DNA of 64,000 nucleotides from Felis catus (Eukaryota). The position numbers and the translations under genes are program-made. Below are positions 27,340 to 58,682 of the stretch, in pieces. The notes beneath the pieces were generated by a model. It did no database searches. It was not told where the DNA came from and worked only from the letters and a program-made list of their open reading frames with translations. Position 1 is the stretch's first letter. The number at the start of each line of letters is the position of its first letter. The stretch covers positions 7,254,001 through 7,318,000 of the forward strand of contig NC_058383.1 of assembly GCF_018350175.1 (NCBI RefSeq). The letters are read 5' to 3'.

Positions 27340-27455
27340 GGGGCACCTGGTTGCCTCATTCCGAAGAGCGCAGGACTCTTGATCTCAGGGTCTTGTGAGT
27401 TCGAGCCCCGTGTTGGGTGTAGAGATTACTTGAACACATAAAACTTTTAAAAAAT
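27340..27455 (+). mobile_element. Short Can-SINE
   Basis: ggggcacctgg...ggactcttgatctcagggtcttgtgagttcgagccccgtgttgggtgtagagattac. Confidence 0.75.
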
Positions 27456-27949
27456 GCTGGGAATGTTCCTAGCATGGTAGGTAATATGGTATGTGGAAGG
27501 AGAAAAGATTGGACATACAGATGAAGCCACTCGCAAACAGGCTCCACCTCAAATTATTCATTCACTGGAAAAACTATTTAGGTGCCTGTGTCAGGCACTA
27601 TGTTGGTCACAGAGGTTACAGTGAGGAACGCGACAGAGGTCCTTATGTGGGAATGTGTGGGCGAGTGAAGGGAACTGACGTGAGAGCCAATGTGGCTGAA
27701 GCACGGGGCCCAAGTGGCAAAGTAGAGGACAGTGCCGTCTGGAAGGCAGGGACCGGATCATGCAGGGCCTTGCATGCAGTGGTTAGGGGCTTGGATTTTA
27801 CTCTGAGGGCAGTAACATGATTTTTCATTCATTCTGCAACAGCCTTAGGAACTAGGACGTTTTATCCCAATTTTACTGACGAGGAAGGTCAGGTTGGAAG
27901 GGGACAGGGTTAGGTAATTTGCTCAAAACTCAGCCGCAGCTGCACGGGA

Positions 27950-30616
<2,667 letters not shown>

Positions 30617-31564
30617 GGGTGCTTGAAGGGACGATGCACAGGTTGGACAGTGGTCCCACAGGGGAGGGGTGTTACACTCCCTTTAGAGAAACCTCTGTCA
30701 ATAATAAAAGGGGAGCAGCCCCTCAGCACCCCTTCCGATGGCTCTGTCCTCTCTGTTGGGCCCCACGCTGGTTTCTCAACTTGGATCTCAAAAGGAGGCC
30801 CTTAGTTCCAGCCTTCCTCGGGCAGGACATCCTACGGGGATTGGGAGCTCACTGCCACTTGAGGTGACCCCTCGTCCAGTCGGGTGGAGCACATCTATAC
30901 TGAGCTAAAGGCTGCCTGCTCCCACTTCAGCCATCTGTGTTCTCTTTAAGGTTTCTCTGGGACAGCAATGCACATAGACCAACCTCTAAACTTGACCAAT
31001 GACTGCTCCCCAAAGCTAAGTGAATTTAAGTCTTTTTCACAAAGGAGCAGGGGTATTGAGCAGGTTTCTAGGAGGGACAACCTGAAAGCTTTGACCCCAT
31101 GGACCCAGTTTACTGCTGAGGGAGAGGTTTCTCACTGCTGTTTACTGAATGCTGATCACACAGATGTCTACACCTGACCTGTAGTACCTCAACCCTAAGA
31201 GGCAGAGGTTCCAGTGCCCACACTTCACACACTTTCTCAACCTTGGCATGTCCCTGTCTATAACCCCCAGAATGTACAGTCTGGGAAGCAGCAAGGAACA
31301 TCAGTGTGGGCAGGTGTAATGGGTGCTTTACATAGTAAATTCAGAGTGAACAAGATAGGAATCTAGGAAACTCATGATACCTCGTATGAACAGAATACAG
31401 CAACCTACACGTGCTTTATTAGCAAAAAGAATAAAACAAGTGCAGCTCAGGAGAAAAGAGCAGGTCCCTCCTCTCCCTGCAAAGGCATCATCAGACCGTT
31501 CCAGGAAGGGGTGGGTCGGCACACGGGATGCAGAGTGGACCCCAGGGTCTCAAGCTGGTTGGAC

Positions 31565-42576
<11,012 letters not shown>

Positions 42577-42866
42577 GGCTCCCCAAATGAGGATGCGGGC
42601 AGCAAAGGCAGTAGTCTGTGGAACCAGAGAAGGACGATACTGTCTTTTCCACCCTTCCAGACCATGGTCATGGACCTGGATGCAATGTCCTGAGTCCTGA
42701 GAGTCCAGGAGACCAGTCCTAGTTGACATATTTGACCTTCCTGTGGTACCTGACACAGGAAAGGCCGGGGTGGATCAGAATTTACAAATCAAACTTTTAT
42801 TCTGAGGAACTGGCTGTACAATATCTAAAAGTAACATGGAAGAAGCAAACCATTACTTCCTTCCAC

Positions 42867-42869
<3 letters not shown>

Positions 42870-42943
<74 letters not shown>
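42870..42943. repeat. Compound (TG)20(AG)n microsatellite in the TAF6 3' UTR
   Basis: Directly visible between the TAF6 stop (42982) and its AATAAA (42801-42796). Confidence 0.95.
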
Positions 42944-42945
<2 letters not shown>

Positions 42946-42981
42946 CGGGGAGAGAAGAAGGTTGGCAGATGTGTGACAGCA

Positions 42982-47680
<4,699 letters not shown>

Positions 47681-47876
47681 TTAGTATTGGGTGTAAGAGA
47701 AGCAGGTAGTGATCTGACCCGGTTCAACAAAATGTACTGAGCTCTGATTCTGTGCCAGGTGCCATGCAAGTGAGATATACGAGAACAGACGTGTCTTCAA
47801 TTTAAATCCTGGCCCTAGATTACTTAGCTGGGTTATTTGGGCAAGTTACTTACATCCTCCCAGCTTTGGGTTTCTT

Positions 47877-48390
47877 CCCAATGCAGGGCTTGAATTCACG
47901 GCCCTGAGATCAAGACCTGAGATGAGGGGTGCCTGGGTGGCTAGTCAGTTGAGCATATGACTCTTGATTTCCACTCAGGTCATGATCTCTTAGTTTATGA
48001 GATTAAGCCCCGTGTCAGGCTCCATGCTGGGTGTGGAGCATGCTTAAAATTCTCTCTCTCCCTCTGCCTGTCCCACCTCTTTCTCTCTCTCTCAAAATGA
48101 ATAAACATCAAAAAAAAAAAAAAAAAAAAAAAGAAGAAGAAGAAGAAGAAGATGACGACCTGAGCTGAGATCAAGAGTCAGACACTTGGGGCGCCTGGGT
48201 GTCTTGGTCGGTAGTGTCTGACTCTTGATTTTGGCTCAGGTCATGACCTCATGGCTTGTGGGTTCAAGCCCCTGTGTAGGGCTCTGTTCTGACAGTGTGG
48301 AGCCTGCTTGGGATTCTCTCTCTCTCCCTCTTTCAAAAAAAACAAAAACAAAAAGAGTCAGATGCTTAACCAACTGAGCCACCCAGGGCC
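47877..48390. mobile_element. Nested SINE trio: a reverse short Can-SINE host with two forward SINEs inserted
   Basis: Inserts at about 47926-48156 (TSD gacctgagatga/gacctgagctga) and 48188-48352 (TSD aagagtcagacactt/aagagtcagatgctt). Confidence 0.8.
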
Positions 48391-48719
48391 CCAATGATCG
48401 CAAACTGCCTGACAATCATACCACACCTCAGTGCACTCAGTCCCCCGGTCCTACATACCACCTCTCCTCCGCACTTTACGCCATTAGAAGAGACCCCCAT
48501 AGACTCCCACTGCATCCACCAACCTAACAGCACTGGCGCCCACATCTTCTGCCTTCCTGCCTGTTACCGTAGAGAAGCCATTCGTGCCCCTTGCCAGCTC
48601 CAACACTGCTTCCATCTCCCTGCATCACCACCACGTTTTCAACCTACTTGGTCGATGGTTCCCATCAGCCTCCCAAATGCACTTATTTCTCCCTTCTCAA
48701 GAAAACAAGACAGTGGTCT

Positions 48720-49330
48720 ATCCACACAACAGACTAGTATCGAGCCTGAAAAAGGAAGGTGATTCTGACACATGCTACGACATGGGTGAACCTTGAGGAC
48801 ACCATGCAGAGTGAACTAAGGGAGCCAGAAAAGGGCAAACAGTGTTATGATTCCACTCTTATGAGGTTCTTAGTGGAGTCAAATTCATAGACTCAGCAGA
48901 ATGGGGTTGCTGTGGCTAGGGGAGGGAAGAATGGGGAGTTAGTGTATAATGACAGAGCTTCGGTTTTACAACATGAAGAGTTCTGGAGATGGATGGTGTG
49001 ACGGTTGTAGATCATGAATGTATTTAATCCTGCTAAAGTGTACACTTGAAATGGTTTCAGATGGTGAGCTTTATGTTATGTGTATTTCACCACAATTAAA
49101 AATTTTAAATGTTAATTTGGGGTGCCTGGGTGGTGGTTAAGCATCCAACTTTGGCTCAGGTCATGACCTCACAGTTCTCAAGTTCGAGCCCCCCATCAGG
49201 CTCTGTGCTGACAGCTCAGAGCCTGGAGCCTGCTTTGGATTCTGTGTCTCCCTCTCTTTCTGCCCCTCTCCTGCTCACGCTCTCATTCTCTCTCAAAAAC
49301 AAAAACATTTTAAAAATTAAAAAAAAAAGT
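48720..49330 (+). mobile_element. Old L1 3' end (about 48720-49105) followed by a Can-SINE (about 49118-49330)
   Basis: acatgggtgaaccttgaggacaccatgcagagtgaac...gagttctggagatggatgg...caccacaattaaaaa, then the SINEC core. Confidence 0.75.
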
Positions 49331-49339
49331 TACTTTTCA

Positions 49340-50690
49340 TTCCACTTTCTCTAGAAGAGCCCCATGTTTCGGCTCCTCCTTGCAACCAAACTCCCTGAAA
49401 AAATTATCCTGTTTCTACTTCCTTTCCTTTCTTGCACCTACTCCAATCAAGCTTTTGACCCCACCAGGTCCCTGAAACAGCTCATCAAGGTCGCCGATGA
49501 CTCCACACTGTGGAATCCAAGGTCCACTCTCTGTCATCATCAGACTTGACCTGCTGGCAGCATCTAGTATAGCTAGACTACTCCCTCCTGAAGACACTCT
49601 TCACTGCACTGCACACTACCTTCTCCTGGCTTCCTCCTATCTCACTGGCCACCCCACCCCCCTCGGTTTCCTTGACAAGTTCTTCCTCTTCTCATCTTAG
49701 AAAAATACATAAATAAAACTGCCTAATGCTGGAGTGTCCTGGGCTCAGTCTTTGGTCTTCTTCTGTAGCTACACTTAATTTCTTTGGTAATATCAACTAC
49801 CCTCAATTTTCAGTATTGCTTACAGGCGGATGATGGCCAAATTTCTATCCCCAGCCCAGGGCAGTCTTCCTAACCCCAGTGTTGTAGATCAAACTGTCGA
49901 CTTAAATCTCTTCTACAGCTGAACTCCTGATCTCTCGCTCCCCACCAGCTCCAGCCTGTTTTCTTCATCTTCATGGCAATGCCATCTATCCAGCCACTCG
50001 CTCTTTATGGGAGCCCTCACATCAAATCAGTTGGGTGATCCAACCTGACTCCTCCACTCCCAACGGCATGCCCAAGTCACCACCATATCTCGCCTGGCTA
50101 ATTCCAATAGTCTCCTGACGAGGTCTTCCTGCTTCCACCCTTGCTCCCCACATCGCTTCCTAACACAGCAGCCAGACTGATTCTGTCAAAACATAAATCA
50201 GACTGGGTCATTTTTTTGTTCAAAACCCTGGAGTGGCTCCACATTTACCCTAGAGTAAAATCCAAAATCCTAATTATAGTCTATAAGGCCCTTCATAATT
50301 TGCCCTCACTCCAATCACATCTCTGATCTGTTTTCCTTCCTTCTTCCATCTTGATCCAGCCTCATTCTCCTCCTGCTGTTCAAACCTCACAGGCAAAGCT
50401 CTTGCTTTTTGGCCTTTGCTCTTTTCCTTCTGCCTTGAACGCTCTTCCCCAGATGTTAACTTGGCTGCCTAGTCCCATCACCCTATTTAATACCACACTC
50501 CAACCCCCCTCTGCTCTTTTTTCCCCCACGGAAAAATTTGACATCTGCTAATATACACTGTATCATTTCTAATTGTTTATCACCACCACTACCTTCCCTT
50601 TGTGTTCACTGATGTATTCCAAGACCCCGGAATGGTGCCCGAGACACTGTACTCAGTAAATACTTGCTGAATAAATTAATGAAGTGTAGG
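49340..50690 (-). mobile_element. L2 (LINE2) remnant
   Basis: CT-rich antisense L2 text: ctcacaggcggatgatggccaaatttctatc, acagcagccagactgattctgtcaaaacataaatcagac, gtactcagtaaatacttgctgaataaat. Confidence 0.6.
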
Positions 50691-51149
50691 GCTTAGAGAT
50701 GTAGGGGCTCAGTGAATACATGGCACCCCTATTCTCTTGATGAACAAGATACAGGTCCAAGTTTGGAACCTGCTTTGTGGCCAAAAGGAGAGTGGCTCGC
50801 TTGGAGTTAGCATTAGGAAGACTAAGGTCAAAGTGTTTAGGACTGACGGTGAGGCACTGATGGGGGCGTTCTGGAGGGGTGAGCACGGGGGCCAAAGAGA
50901 ATTTGGTCTCCGCCTCCACTGTTTTAAGTCGTACGTTCATGGAAAACATTTATTCAACACATACTCTGTGCCCGGCACTGGGTAAACAAGACGCTGTCGT
51001 GTCCCAGGTCAATGGCGAACTCTTACTAATCCTTCAATACCCTCCGTACCCTCTGCCAGTAAACAGCTCACGAAACACGCTACGGCCTCAGGAGCCCCTC
51101 AGGTCAGTGGAGTCGGCAGGAAAGCTTCACAGAAGATGGTTAACATGAG

Positions 51150-52240
51150 CTAGACTTGGGTAGTGGCCTCCCCGGCAAGGAAGCGAGTCGAAGGTCCCCA
51201 GGCAACGGGTACAGCGCGAAAGAAGGCGCTGAGAGCCCACCTCATCCCCCCAACATCCCCCAATGCGAACATACACGTACGGAGTCCCCTCGCTCACGGA
51301 CACACAACCCACCGCCCTCCTCCCGGTTCCCACATGGGCCCTTCAAAGGGCCTCGTCCCGGGTAGCACTCAGACCCTTCCCCGCCAGCCGAACGCCCCAC
51401 GCATTAAAAGTCTCTCACCGCCGCCAAAGCGCCGCTCACCCGGCGCTCGGCGCCATGTTCGCCCCGCCCCCTCCCGGGAGCAGGTCCTGGTAGAGACGGA
51501 GAGCAAGTCACTGCCCCTTCCCCGAGCCGGAATGAGTCTCCTAGGCTCACGGCCTGAAGTGGTATAAAAAACGGGTTTCTCTGTCTACGTGTAAGGAGCA
51601 CATACTCCTGCTGCAATTAACTTCAGTTTATTCCTTCACTACCCGGCGGCCAGGACCCCAAGAGGCGCCACAAAACCGAGGCGGGACAGCCAGGAGCGCT
51701 ATGAGGCTCCACCTCCTTTCCAGCCGGGACTGCGCGTGCGCCTCGCAAGCCAGGCTGGCTACAAGCTCCCGCCGACACTGCCTCGAAATTTAAAGGGCCC
51801 GCTGCCTTCACGAAGTTGGTTTGAAGGCAAGGGGTTGTTGGTTTGGAGAGCACTTTGTCATGGGACCTGTGCGGTTGGGAATGTTGCTTTTCATTTTGGC
51901 TGCGTACGGCGCTTGGGTTGGGACGTCGAAGGAGGACGATGACACAGAACGCTTGCCCAGCAAATGCGAAGGTATCTGAAGGGAGTAGCTAGCCCCTATT
52001 CGCATCCCTCTGCCCATCTCTTTAGTCTGGGCCGAACCAAATGGACCATGATGGGTGGGTCACTAGATCTCTTTGAAGACCTCAGGGAGACTCTGGCTGA
52101 ATTTGAAGGGGGTCAAAGGAGGGAACGTAGAGCGCTACCCCACAACTATGGCACTACAATTCCCATAGGACATACAGAGGGAGTCCGCTTTTTCTTAGTA
52201 GCGTAGCCCCAGTGATTTGTGGGAATTGTAGTTCAGAGAT
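51150..52240. promoter_or_regulatory. Bidirectional CpG-island promoter of TAF6 and CNPY4, including the probable non-coding TAF6 exon 1 (donor at 51440/51439)
   Basis: CpG island; minus-strand donor CGG|GTGAGC; YY1-like aacATGGCG at 51459-51451; GC box ccccgcccc; inverted ACTACAATTCCCA motifs at 52153-52165 and 52220-52232. Confidence 0.7.
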
Positions 52241-55200
52241 CGTGCCCAGGATCGCCCACTTTACTGAGCATCTAAAGTGTGTGTTTCCCCCATGTCACTA
52301 AACCTAAGTCTGGGGAACCTGCAGGAGCTGGGTATGAGGCTCATACCTTTTGGCCATCCTCTGCTCCACCCTTTCAGAGACGCTCTCAAATTACAGGCCC
52401 CACGCTCTCCTGGGGCAGGTTTGGAGGTAAGGAAATAAGCCCTTGAAGCTCATAAAGGAGAGAGGAGGCCACATAAGTGGAGGAGGTTCCCTGTAGGTGT
52501 AAGGGTTTGCAGAGGATGTATACTTATGGATTTTGCTGTGAACAGCATCTTATATGGCTGCACCACATTGGTGGGGGACGTGTGCAGCTGAGAAGAGACA
52601 CTTAAGAGCTGGGCCATTGAGTGCCGTGGTTCCCTAGTTTGTTGCTTTCCTGACTTTAATTTCTTCCCTGGATTCTTTTTCCCTTCACCTCACTCCACAG
52701 TGATTTCATTATCAGTATTCTGCATGACCTGGACCTAACCTCTCCTTCATTTGTGTCCCTGCTTTTCTCCCCACGCCTGTCATTTTTCTACACACAGACC
52801 TGGTCATGTCAGTCCTTGCTGTAACATCTCTGCAGGCCTCCTGCTGCGGTCGGAATACAGCCATTTTTGACACAGTCTCTGTTGTATGGTCCCCACCTCT
52901 CTTACATTTCGGTACCTCAACTCCCTTCCTCAAAGTGCCCATGCTTCAGCCTTGCTGAACTTTCTCACCTGTCACCGAGCCTGCCTTATCCTCTTGCACC
53001 TCTGTGCCTTAGCACACTGTTTTTCCTTTTGCCTGGAATAACCCTCTCCCTTCTGCATTTGGTTCTTCAAGGCCCAGTTCAGATGTCAATTCCTTTGGAA
53101 GCCTTCTTCCTTTTGTCCCCTCCCACTATATTGTTAAGCCCGTGGAGGAAAGGAGAGTACCTGTCTCTGAGGTCCTAGCGTAGTGTCTGGAACATTTTAG
53201 GCACTTTTGTTACCTGCCCTGTGTTTAGTTTGCGTGGCACTTCTGTATAGGCCACTCCCTTTTTTGGGGACCCACCTCATGCCAGGCCAGGTGCTATTTG
53301 CTGGAAGACAGTGGTGGAACATACACAACGCTCATCCTTAAGGAAATCACAAGCCGGTAGGAAGTCAACACATGACAATTTCATGAATTTTGCATTTCCT
53401 AATGAGATTAAATCTGTTAACCTCTAGTGCAGGGCCCATCACAGCACACTGTCATCATTTTATTTGTCCCCAACTGCATCAGCAATGTCTTGTGGATGGG
53501 GTCATGGGTCTTATTGCTATGTTGCTGTTGTACATATAGGAGCTCAATAAATAACTGCAGAATAAAAGCAAACACATACAGTGCTCACTATATGCCAGGC
53601 ACTATCCTAGGGGCTTTTTGTAGATTGATCTATTTAATCCTCACAACCCCCCTCCACAGGAGGTCCTATTATATTATTATCTCCATTTTAGAGATGAAGA
53701 AGCCAGGGCACAGTGGAATTGTCACATAGCTATAAAGTGGCTGAGTCAGTATTCTAACCATGCCAGTCTGGCTCCACGGTCTGCACTTGTAACCGTCACG
53801 TTCTGCTGCTTTTGCTCATCTACAGAATGAGTTGCTGGTATGTTTGTTTGTCTTTCACATCCTTTTCGACATCTAGTGTGTAAGCTGCTAAGCCTGGAGC
53901 TACAGGAAGAGCTGAGTCGCACTGGCCGATCTCGAGAGGTGCTGGAGCTGGGGCAGGTGCTGGACACGGGCAAGAGGAAGAGACATGTCCCTTACAGTGT
54001 TTCGTGAGTTCTTTTTGGTGCTCCCTTACCTTCCAACCCCTGAGGGAGCCCTGGGAGTGCCCACAGCATCCAAGGAGTCTTTGTTTCCCCTCTTCCCACA
54101 GAGAGACAAGGCTGGAAGAGGCCTTGGAGAATTTGTGTGAGCGGATCCTGGATTACAGTGTTCATGCTGAGCGCAAGGGCTCACTGAGATATGCCAAGGT
54201 CAGACCCTTCCCTAGGGCAGCATTCCACTTTTCAGAAACAACAATGGATATCCCCTGGGACCCATCTCCCTCCAGCTCTGGAGAGTGTCACCACCCCATT
54301 GTTAGACTCCCTCATCTCACCGTCATGGAGCTCACCCCTGGGTCTCCAGTAATTGACAGTGCTGATATGGCAGAAAGGGGAAAAAAGAGGTGGGGCAGGG
54401 GGCTCGGCTGATTCTAGATTCCTATCTTTCAGGGTCAGAGTCAGACCATGGCAACACTGAAAGGTCTGGTGCAGAAGGGGGTGAAGGTGGATCTGGGGAT
54501 CCCTCTGGAGCTGTGGGACGAGCCCAGCGTGGAAGTCACATTCCTCAAGAAGCAGGTAGGATGGGGTAATGCACTGCCAGGGCAATGAGAAGGGAGCCTG
54601 AGGGGAGAGCTAGATCCTAGGGAGGTCTACCTCTGAGCAGAGAGAAGGGGGCAGAGTGAGGACTCTATCATTGATTGAAGTGGGCCCAGGAGCATATCAA
54701 GGAGTAATAGTAGAGGCTAATAATATCTACTACCACTTACTGAGCACCTACTATGTGTCAGATTCAGGCTCCCATACTTTCCAGCTGCTGCCTCATTTTC
54801 CTCTCAAAGCACCCTCACACGGTAGGTACTATTACCATTTCCCATTTTATAGGCAAGAAGCCTGAGACATAGAGTTTAATAGTCTACTTGGTAGAACAGG
54901 TACTAGTAAATGTTTGATGAATGAATGAGGACCACACAGCTAGTAAGCAGAGTTTAGCCTCCTGGCTACCTGCCTCTTCAAGGTAGGGTGGGCAGAAAGG
55001 GAGTGAAGAGTAGAGAGGAGGATTTCCAAAGCCCAGCAGAGCATAGTTCCTTCTGACCCTTCCATTTGATCAGTGTGAGACAATGCTGGAGGAGTTTGAA
55101 GATGTTGTGGGAGACTGGTACTTCCACCATCAGGAGCAGCCCCTACAGCATTTTCTCTGTGAAGGTCATGTGCTCCCTGCTGCTGAAACTGGTAAGTGTG

Positions 55201-55440
55201 TGGGACTGGCCCCCTTCCTGCCAGACCACAACCTCCCAGGACTAATACCTACATTGTTTTCTATCACCTAACCTAGCGTGTCTACAGGAAACTTGGACTG
55301 GAAAGGAAAAGATCACAGATGGGCAAGAGAAGACAGAAGAGGAGGAGGAGCAAGATGAGGAGGAGGAGCAAGATCAGGAGGAAGAGGAAGGGATGACTAA
55401 CACACCAGGGCACCCCAAGCGTGACCCAGAGGATCTTTGA
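51860..55440 (+). CDS. CNPY4: Protein canopy homolog 4, 6 exons, 246 aa (signal peptide, saposin-like domain, acidic tail, C-terminal PEDL)
   Basis: Exons 51860-51971, 53877-54003, 54102-54198, 54433-54555, 55074-55191, 55277-55440; sum 741 nt. [13 protein letters not shown]...[13 protein letters not shown]...[21 protein letters not shown]. Confidence 0.95.
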
Positions 55441-56770
55441 CCCCTGCTTTTGTTTGAGTCCTCAGGAGGGGCAGGGGTCCTGGAGAAGAACCCTCTGAAG
55501 TCTGAGCAATCCCTTCCCTGACCCACATAAGGGTTCGTGTGTATGTGCGAGGGATCCCACCCCAAGGCTTGTAACTGTTCTCTCCTATCTGGTCTCAGGC
55601 AGGATCCTGGTGGTGCAGCATGGCATGGCTACGGGGACAAAGGTGGGAGCAGTAGGTGGAAGGCCTGCCCCAACAGATCAGCCCTCTGCCTGCCATCTAG
55701 CCCCTTAACTGTCAGGTGTGTGGAGGGACAGTATTGAAGGCTTTCCCCTTTAAATATCTCTCCTACTCCCCACCCCACCCAGAGGTCAATGAAGGCATTG
55801 GAGCTGTGGGCCTTAGGAAAGTCACTTCGCCCCTCGGGGGTCTGTTTTTAGACCCTTCCGAGGAAGAAGCCAGCGCGGACATTCTCTACGACCTATACAC
55901 ACGCTGCCTGCATCTAGGAGGCTACAAGCCGACAAATTTAACACGACGGGGACACTGTAACAGGATGGGGTGATGTTGATAAGTGGGGTAGATATTTGGT
56001 CTACTTCATATTAATTTCACCGAGGGCCCACCATGGGATTTCACAGGTGCCAAATTTTCTATATCGCTAGTAAATTTTTTAAAAATACCAGCTGAGCCTG
56101 TAGTTGCAAACAACTGACCTGCAAACAACATAGCTAGCCGATATGGCAGCGCCCACAGAATAAGCCGTTGGTCGCCGTCTGTTAGAAGCTAGTAGTGTTT
56201 TGTAATTTGCAGTTCAGGGAGACTAGCAGGGGTCCCTGGCTGATAACTACTTAGGCTAGGATCTGTGCGGCCCCTCTCGGCGCCTGCGGGAGAATACCCT
56301 GGAATTCAAAATCAGCGTGCGGGAGCGCGCGTCGGCCACCATACTCTGGGTTTACGGGAGCTCGCTGGGGACAAAATCCCTCACGCTTTTCGAGGGCCGG
56401 TGTCCCCACGGAGAGGCAAGAATTAAGAGAAGCGGTGAAACTAAGTCCAAGACGGGGAACGGCTCCGGTTAGAATGAGGGGAATAAAGAGGATATCCTTA
56501 GGGGAGTGATGGGTGGGGACCTACCGCATAGGAGCGTGGCGACGGCCGAAGACACTGAGGGACTGGCAGGCGAGCTCACCCTAAGGGATGATTGGACGAT
56601 ACCATCTACGGGAGGGGGTTGGGGCGATACCATCTTAAGGGTGAGAGGGGGGGTGGCAAAGAACTGAGACTTGGAAGGTGCCACGCGGCGGAGGCAGGCG
56701 CGTGTGGGAACCCGAAGGGACTGGGCAGTCCCCCATAGCCCCACTTTCCTTCCCCAGCCGTCCTTCTGCC

Positions 56771-57523
56771 ATGAGCGGTCTAGTGCAGACCGAGCCGCTG
56801 CTCGGGGAGCCGCCTCTGCTGGTGCGCGGCGACCCCTACTCGGTGGTGGTCCTTCTGCAGGGCTATGCGGAGCCCGAGGGGGTGGGCGACGCGGTGCGCG
56901 CCGACGGCTCCGTGACGTTGGTGCTGCCTCAGGCCTGGGGCCCGGCTTCCAGCCACCGAGAGTCCCCGCCCGAGGGCGGCGGGGCGAAGACCGCCCTGGA
57001 GGAGGCGGCCCGTGGTCCCATCCTCGTAGACACCGGGGGCCCTTGGGCCCGGGACACACTCCTGGGGGCCCTGGCGCGGCAGGGCGTGGCCCCCGGAGAC
57101 GTGACTCTGGTGGTGGGCACCCATGGACACTCGGATCACATCGGGAACCTGGGGCTGTTTCCCGGGGCGGCTCTGCTGGTCTCTCACGACTTCTGCCTCC
57201 CCGGGGGCCGCTACTTCCCCCACGGGCTAGGTGAGGAGCGGCCCCTGCGGCTGGGGCCGGGGCTCGAGGTGTGGGCCACGCCGGGCCATGGGGGCCAGCG
57301 GGACGTGAGCGTAGTGGTGGCGGGCACGGTCTTGGGCACCGTGGTGGTGGCGGGCGATGTGTTTGAACGCAGTGGAGACGAAGACTCGTGGCAAGCGCTG
57401 AGCGAAGACCCGGTGGCCCAGGAGCGGAGCCGGAAGAGGGTCCTAGGCACAGCGGACGTGGTTGTGCCTGGTCACGGAGCCCCCTTTAGGGTGGTCAGGG
57501 AAGCCCCTCAACCACCGAACTGA
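56771..57523 (+). CDS. MBLAC1: Metallo-beta-lactamase domain-containing protein 1 (histone pre-mRNA-degrading endoribonuclease), single coding exon, 250 aa
   Basis: Start gccATGagc at 56771. Metal-binding THGHSDH motif, plus TPGH, AGD and VPGH motifs. AATAAA at 57726-57731. Confidence 0.95.
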   Translation: MSGLVQTEPLLGEPPLLVRGDPYSVVVLLQGYAEPEGVGDAVRADGSVTLVLPQAWGPASSHRESPPEGGGAKTALEEAARGPILVDTGGPWARDTLLGALARQGVAPGDVTLVVGTHGHSDHIGNLGLFPGAALLVSHDFCLPGGRYFPHGLGEERPLRLGPGLEVWATPGHGGQRDVSVVVAGTVLGTVVVAGDVFERSGDEDSWQALSEDPVAQERSRKRVLGTADVVVPGHGAPFRVVREAPQPPN

Positions 57524-57929
57524 CGTCCAGGAGAACAGAGGACCCAGTCGGCTGAGTCGGAGGAATCAGGGGTGATGGCTTCCAGCTGTCGCAAGAAGCT
57601 GGTTTTCCAGCAAGGACAGTCACCGATATCACTGCAACCAAACTAGGACCAAGCACTGACTCAGCCGTGTGCCACCTCTTTGGGCCTCCGTAAAATGGGA
57701 GAGTGTTCTTGGGAGAGTCGTCCAAAATAAAAATAGAAAACTGTATGGAAAATCGTACGGCCCTCATGTAAATGCGAATCATTAATAATGACAGTCCTGA
57801 AATTTGGTAGTTAGCAGCTGCAGCAGGGGGACACTTTGGCCAATTGCTTATTTCTCATAAGATAGAGATTTGCTGTGAAGGTGCAGGGCATATAAGTAAC
57901 ACCTTAGTCATGTGATTATCATCCATCTG

Positions 57930-58560
57930 TTCAAGGAATATTTAACAACCTGCAATGTTTCAAACACTGCCCTAGGTCATGGGGATGCAACAGTGAGCAA
58001 GCTAGACAAACTCCCTGTCCCTTATGGAGATTACATTCTAGAGACAAAGACAAGTAAACAACAATAATAGTAAACCAAATAATTACAGATTGTGAATAGT
58101 GACATGAAAGAAAAGGAGGGCAAAGGGGATGGAGTGCCAAGATGGGAAGATGACCTCTTTTATTTAAGGTCGTCAGGAAGAGCCTCCGAGGAGATGATGT
58201 TTGATCAGGGAACCAAATGAGAAGAAAGCCAACCATATGAGGATCTGGCAGTTGTGCATTCCAGGCACAGGAACAGCAGGTATAAAGGTCCTGAGGCAGG
58301 ACAGCTTGACCTGCTTGAGTAGCAAGACTGTGGGGTTAGAATGTAGAGTGCCAAGGAAGAGTGGCAACAAATGAGGACAAAGAATTAGGCCAGGCCATCA
58401 TGGACCATGGTTAAGGGTTTGGATTTATACTGAGAGAGAAGCCTTTGGCTTTTGAGCAGGCTAATGACTAGTTCTAAAGTTCTACTCTGAGTGGAGAAGT
58501 GGTCAGAGTAGGGCAAGAATAGAATCAGCTGGACTGGTTAGGAAACTACTGTAGTCTTTC
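57930..58560 (+). mobile_element. L2 remnant
   Basis: gttcaaggaatatttaacaacctgc...cctgtccttatggagattacattctag...gaggcaggacagcttgacctgcttgag...caggccatcatggaccatggttaagggtttggattt. Confidence 0.6.
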
Positions 58561-58682
58561 AGGCAAGAGAAGTTAGTGGCACCTGCTCTTCTCCCAGAAA
58601 TGCTGTTCTGGCTGTGGCCCTCTTTACAGCTGTGCCCCAGGCCCTCCATCCACACAGTGTCAGAACCCACAGAAACACTCGG

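Noticed and set aside
56469-57234. Long ORFs antisense or out of frame to MBLAC1, and the in-frame upstream start at 56678
   Set aside because: GC-rich shadow frames. The ATG at 56771 matches the recalled orthologous N-terminus better.
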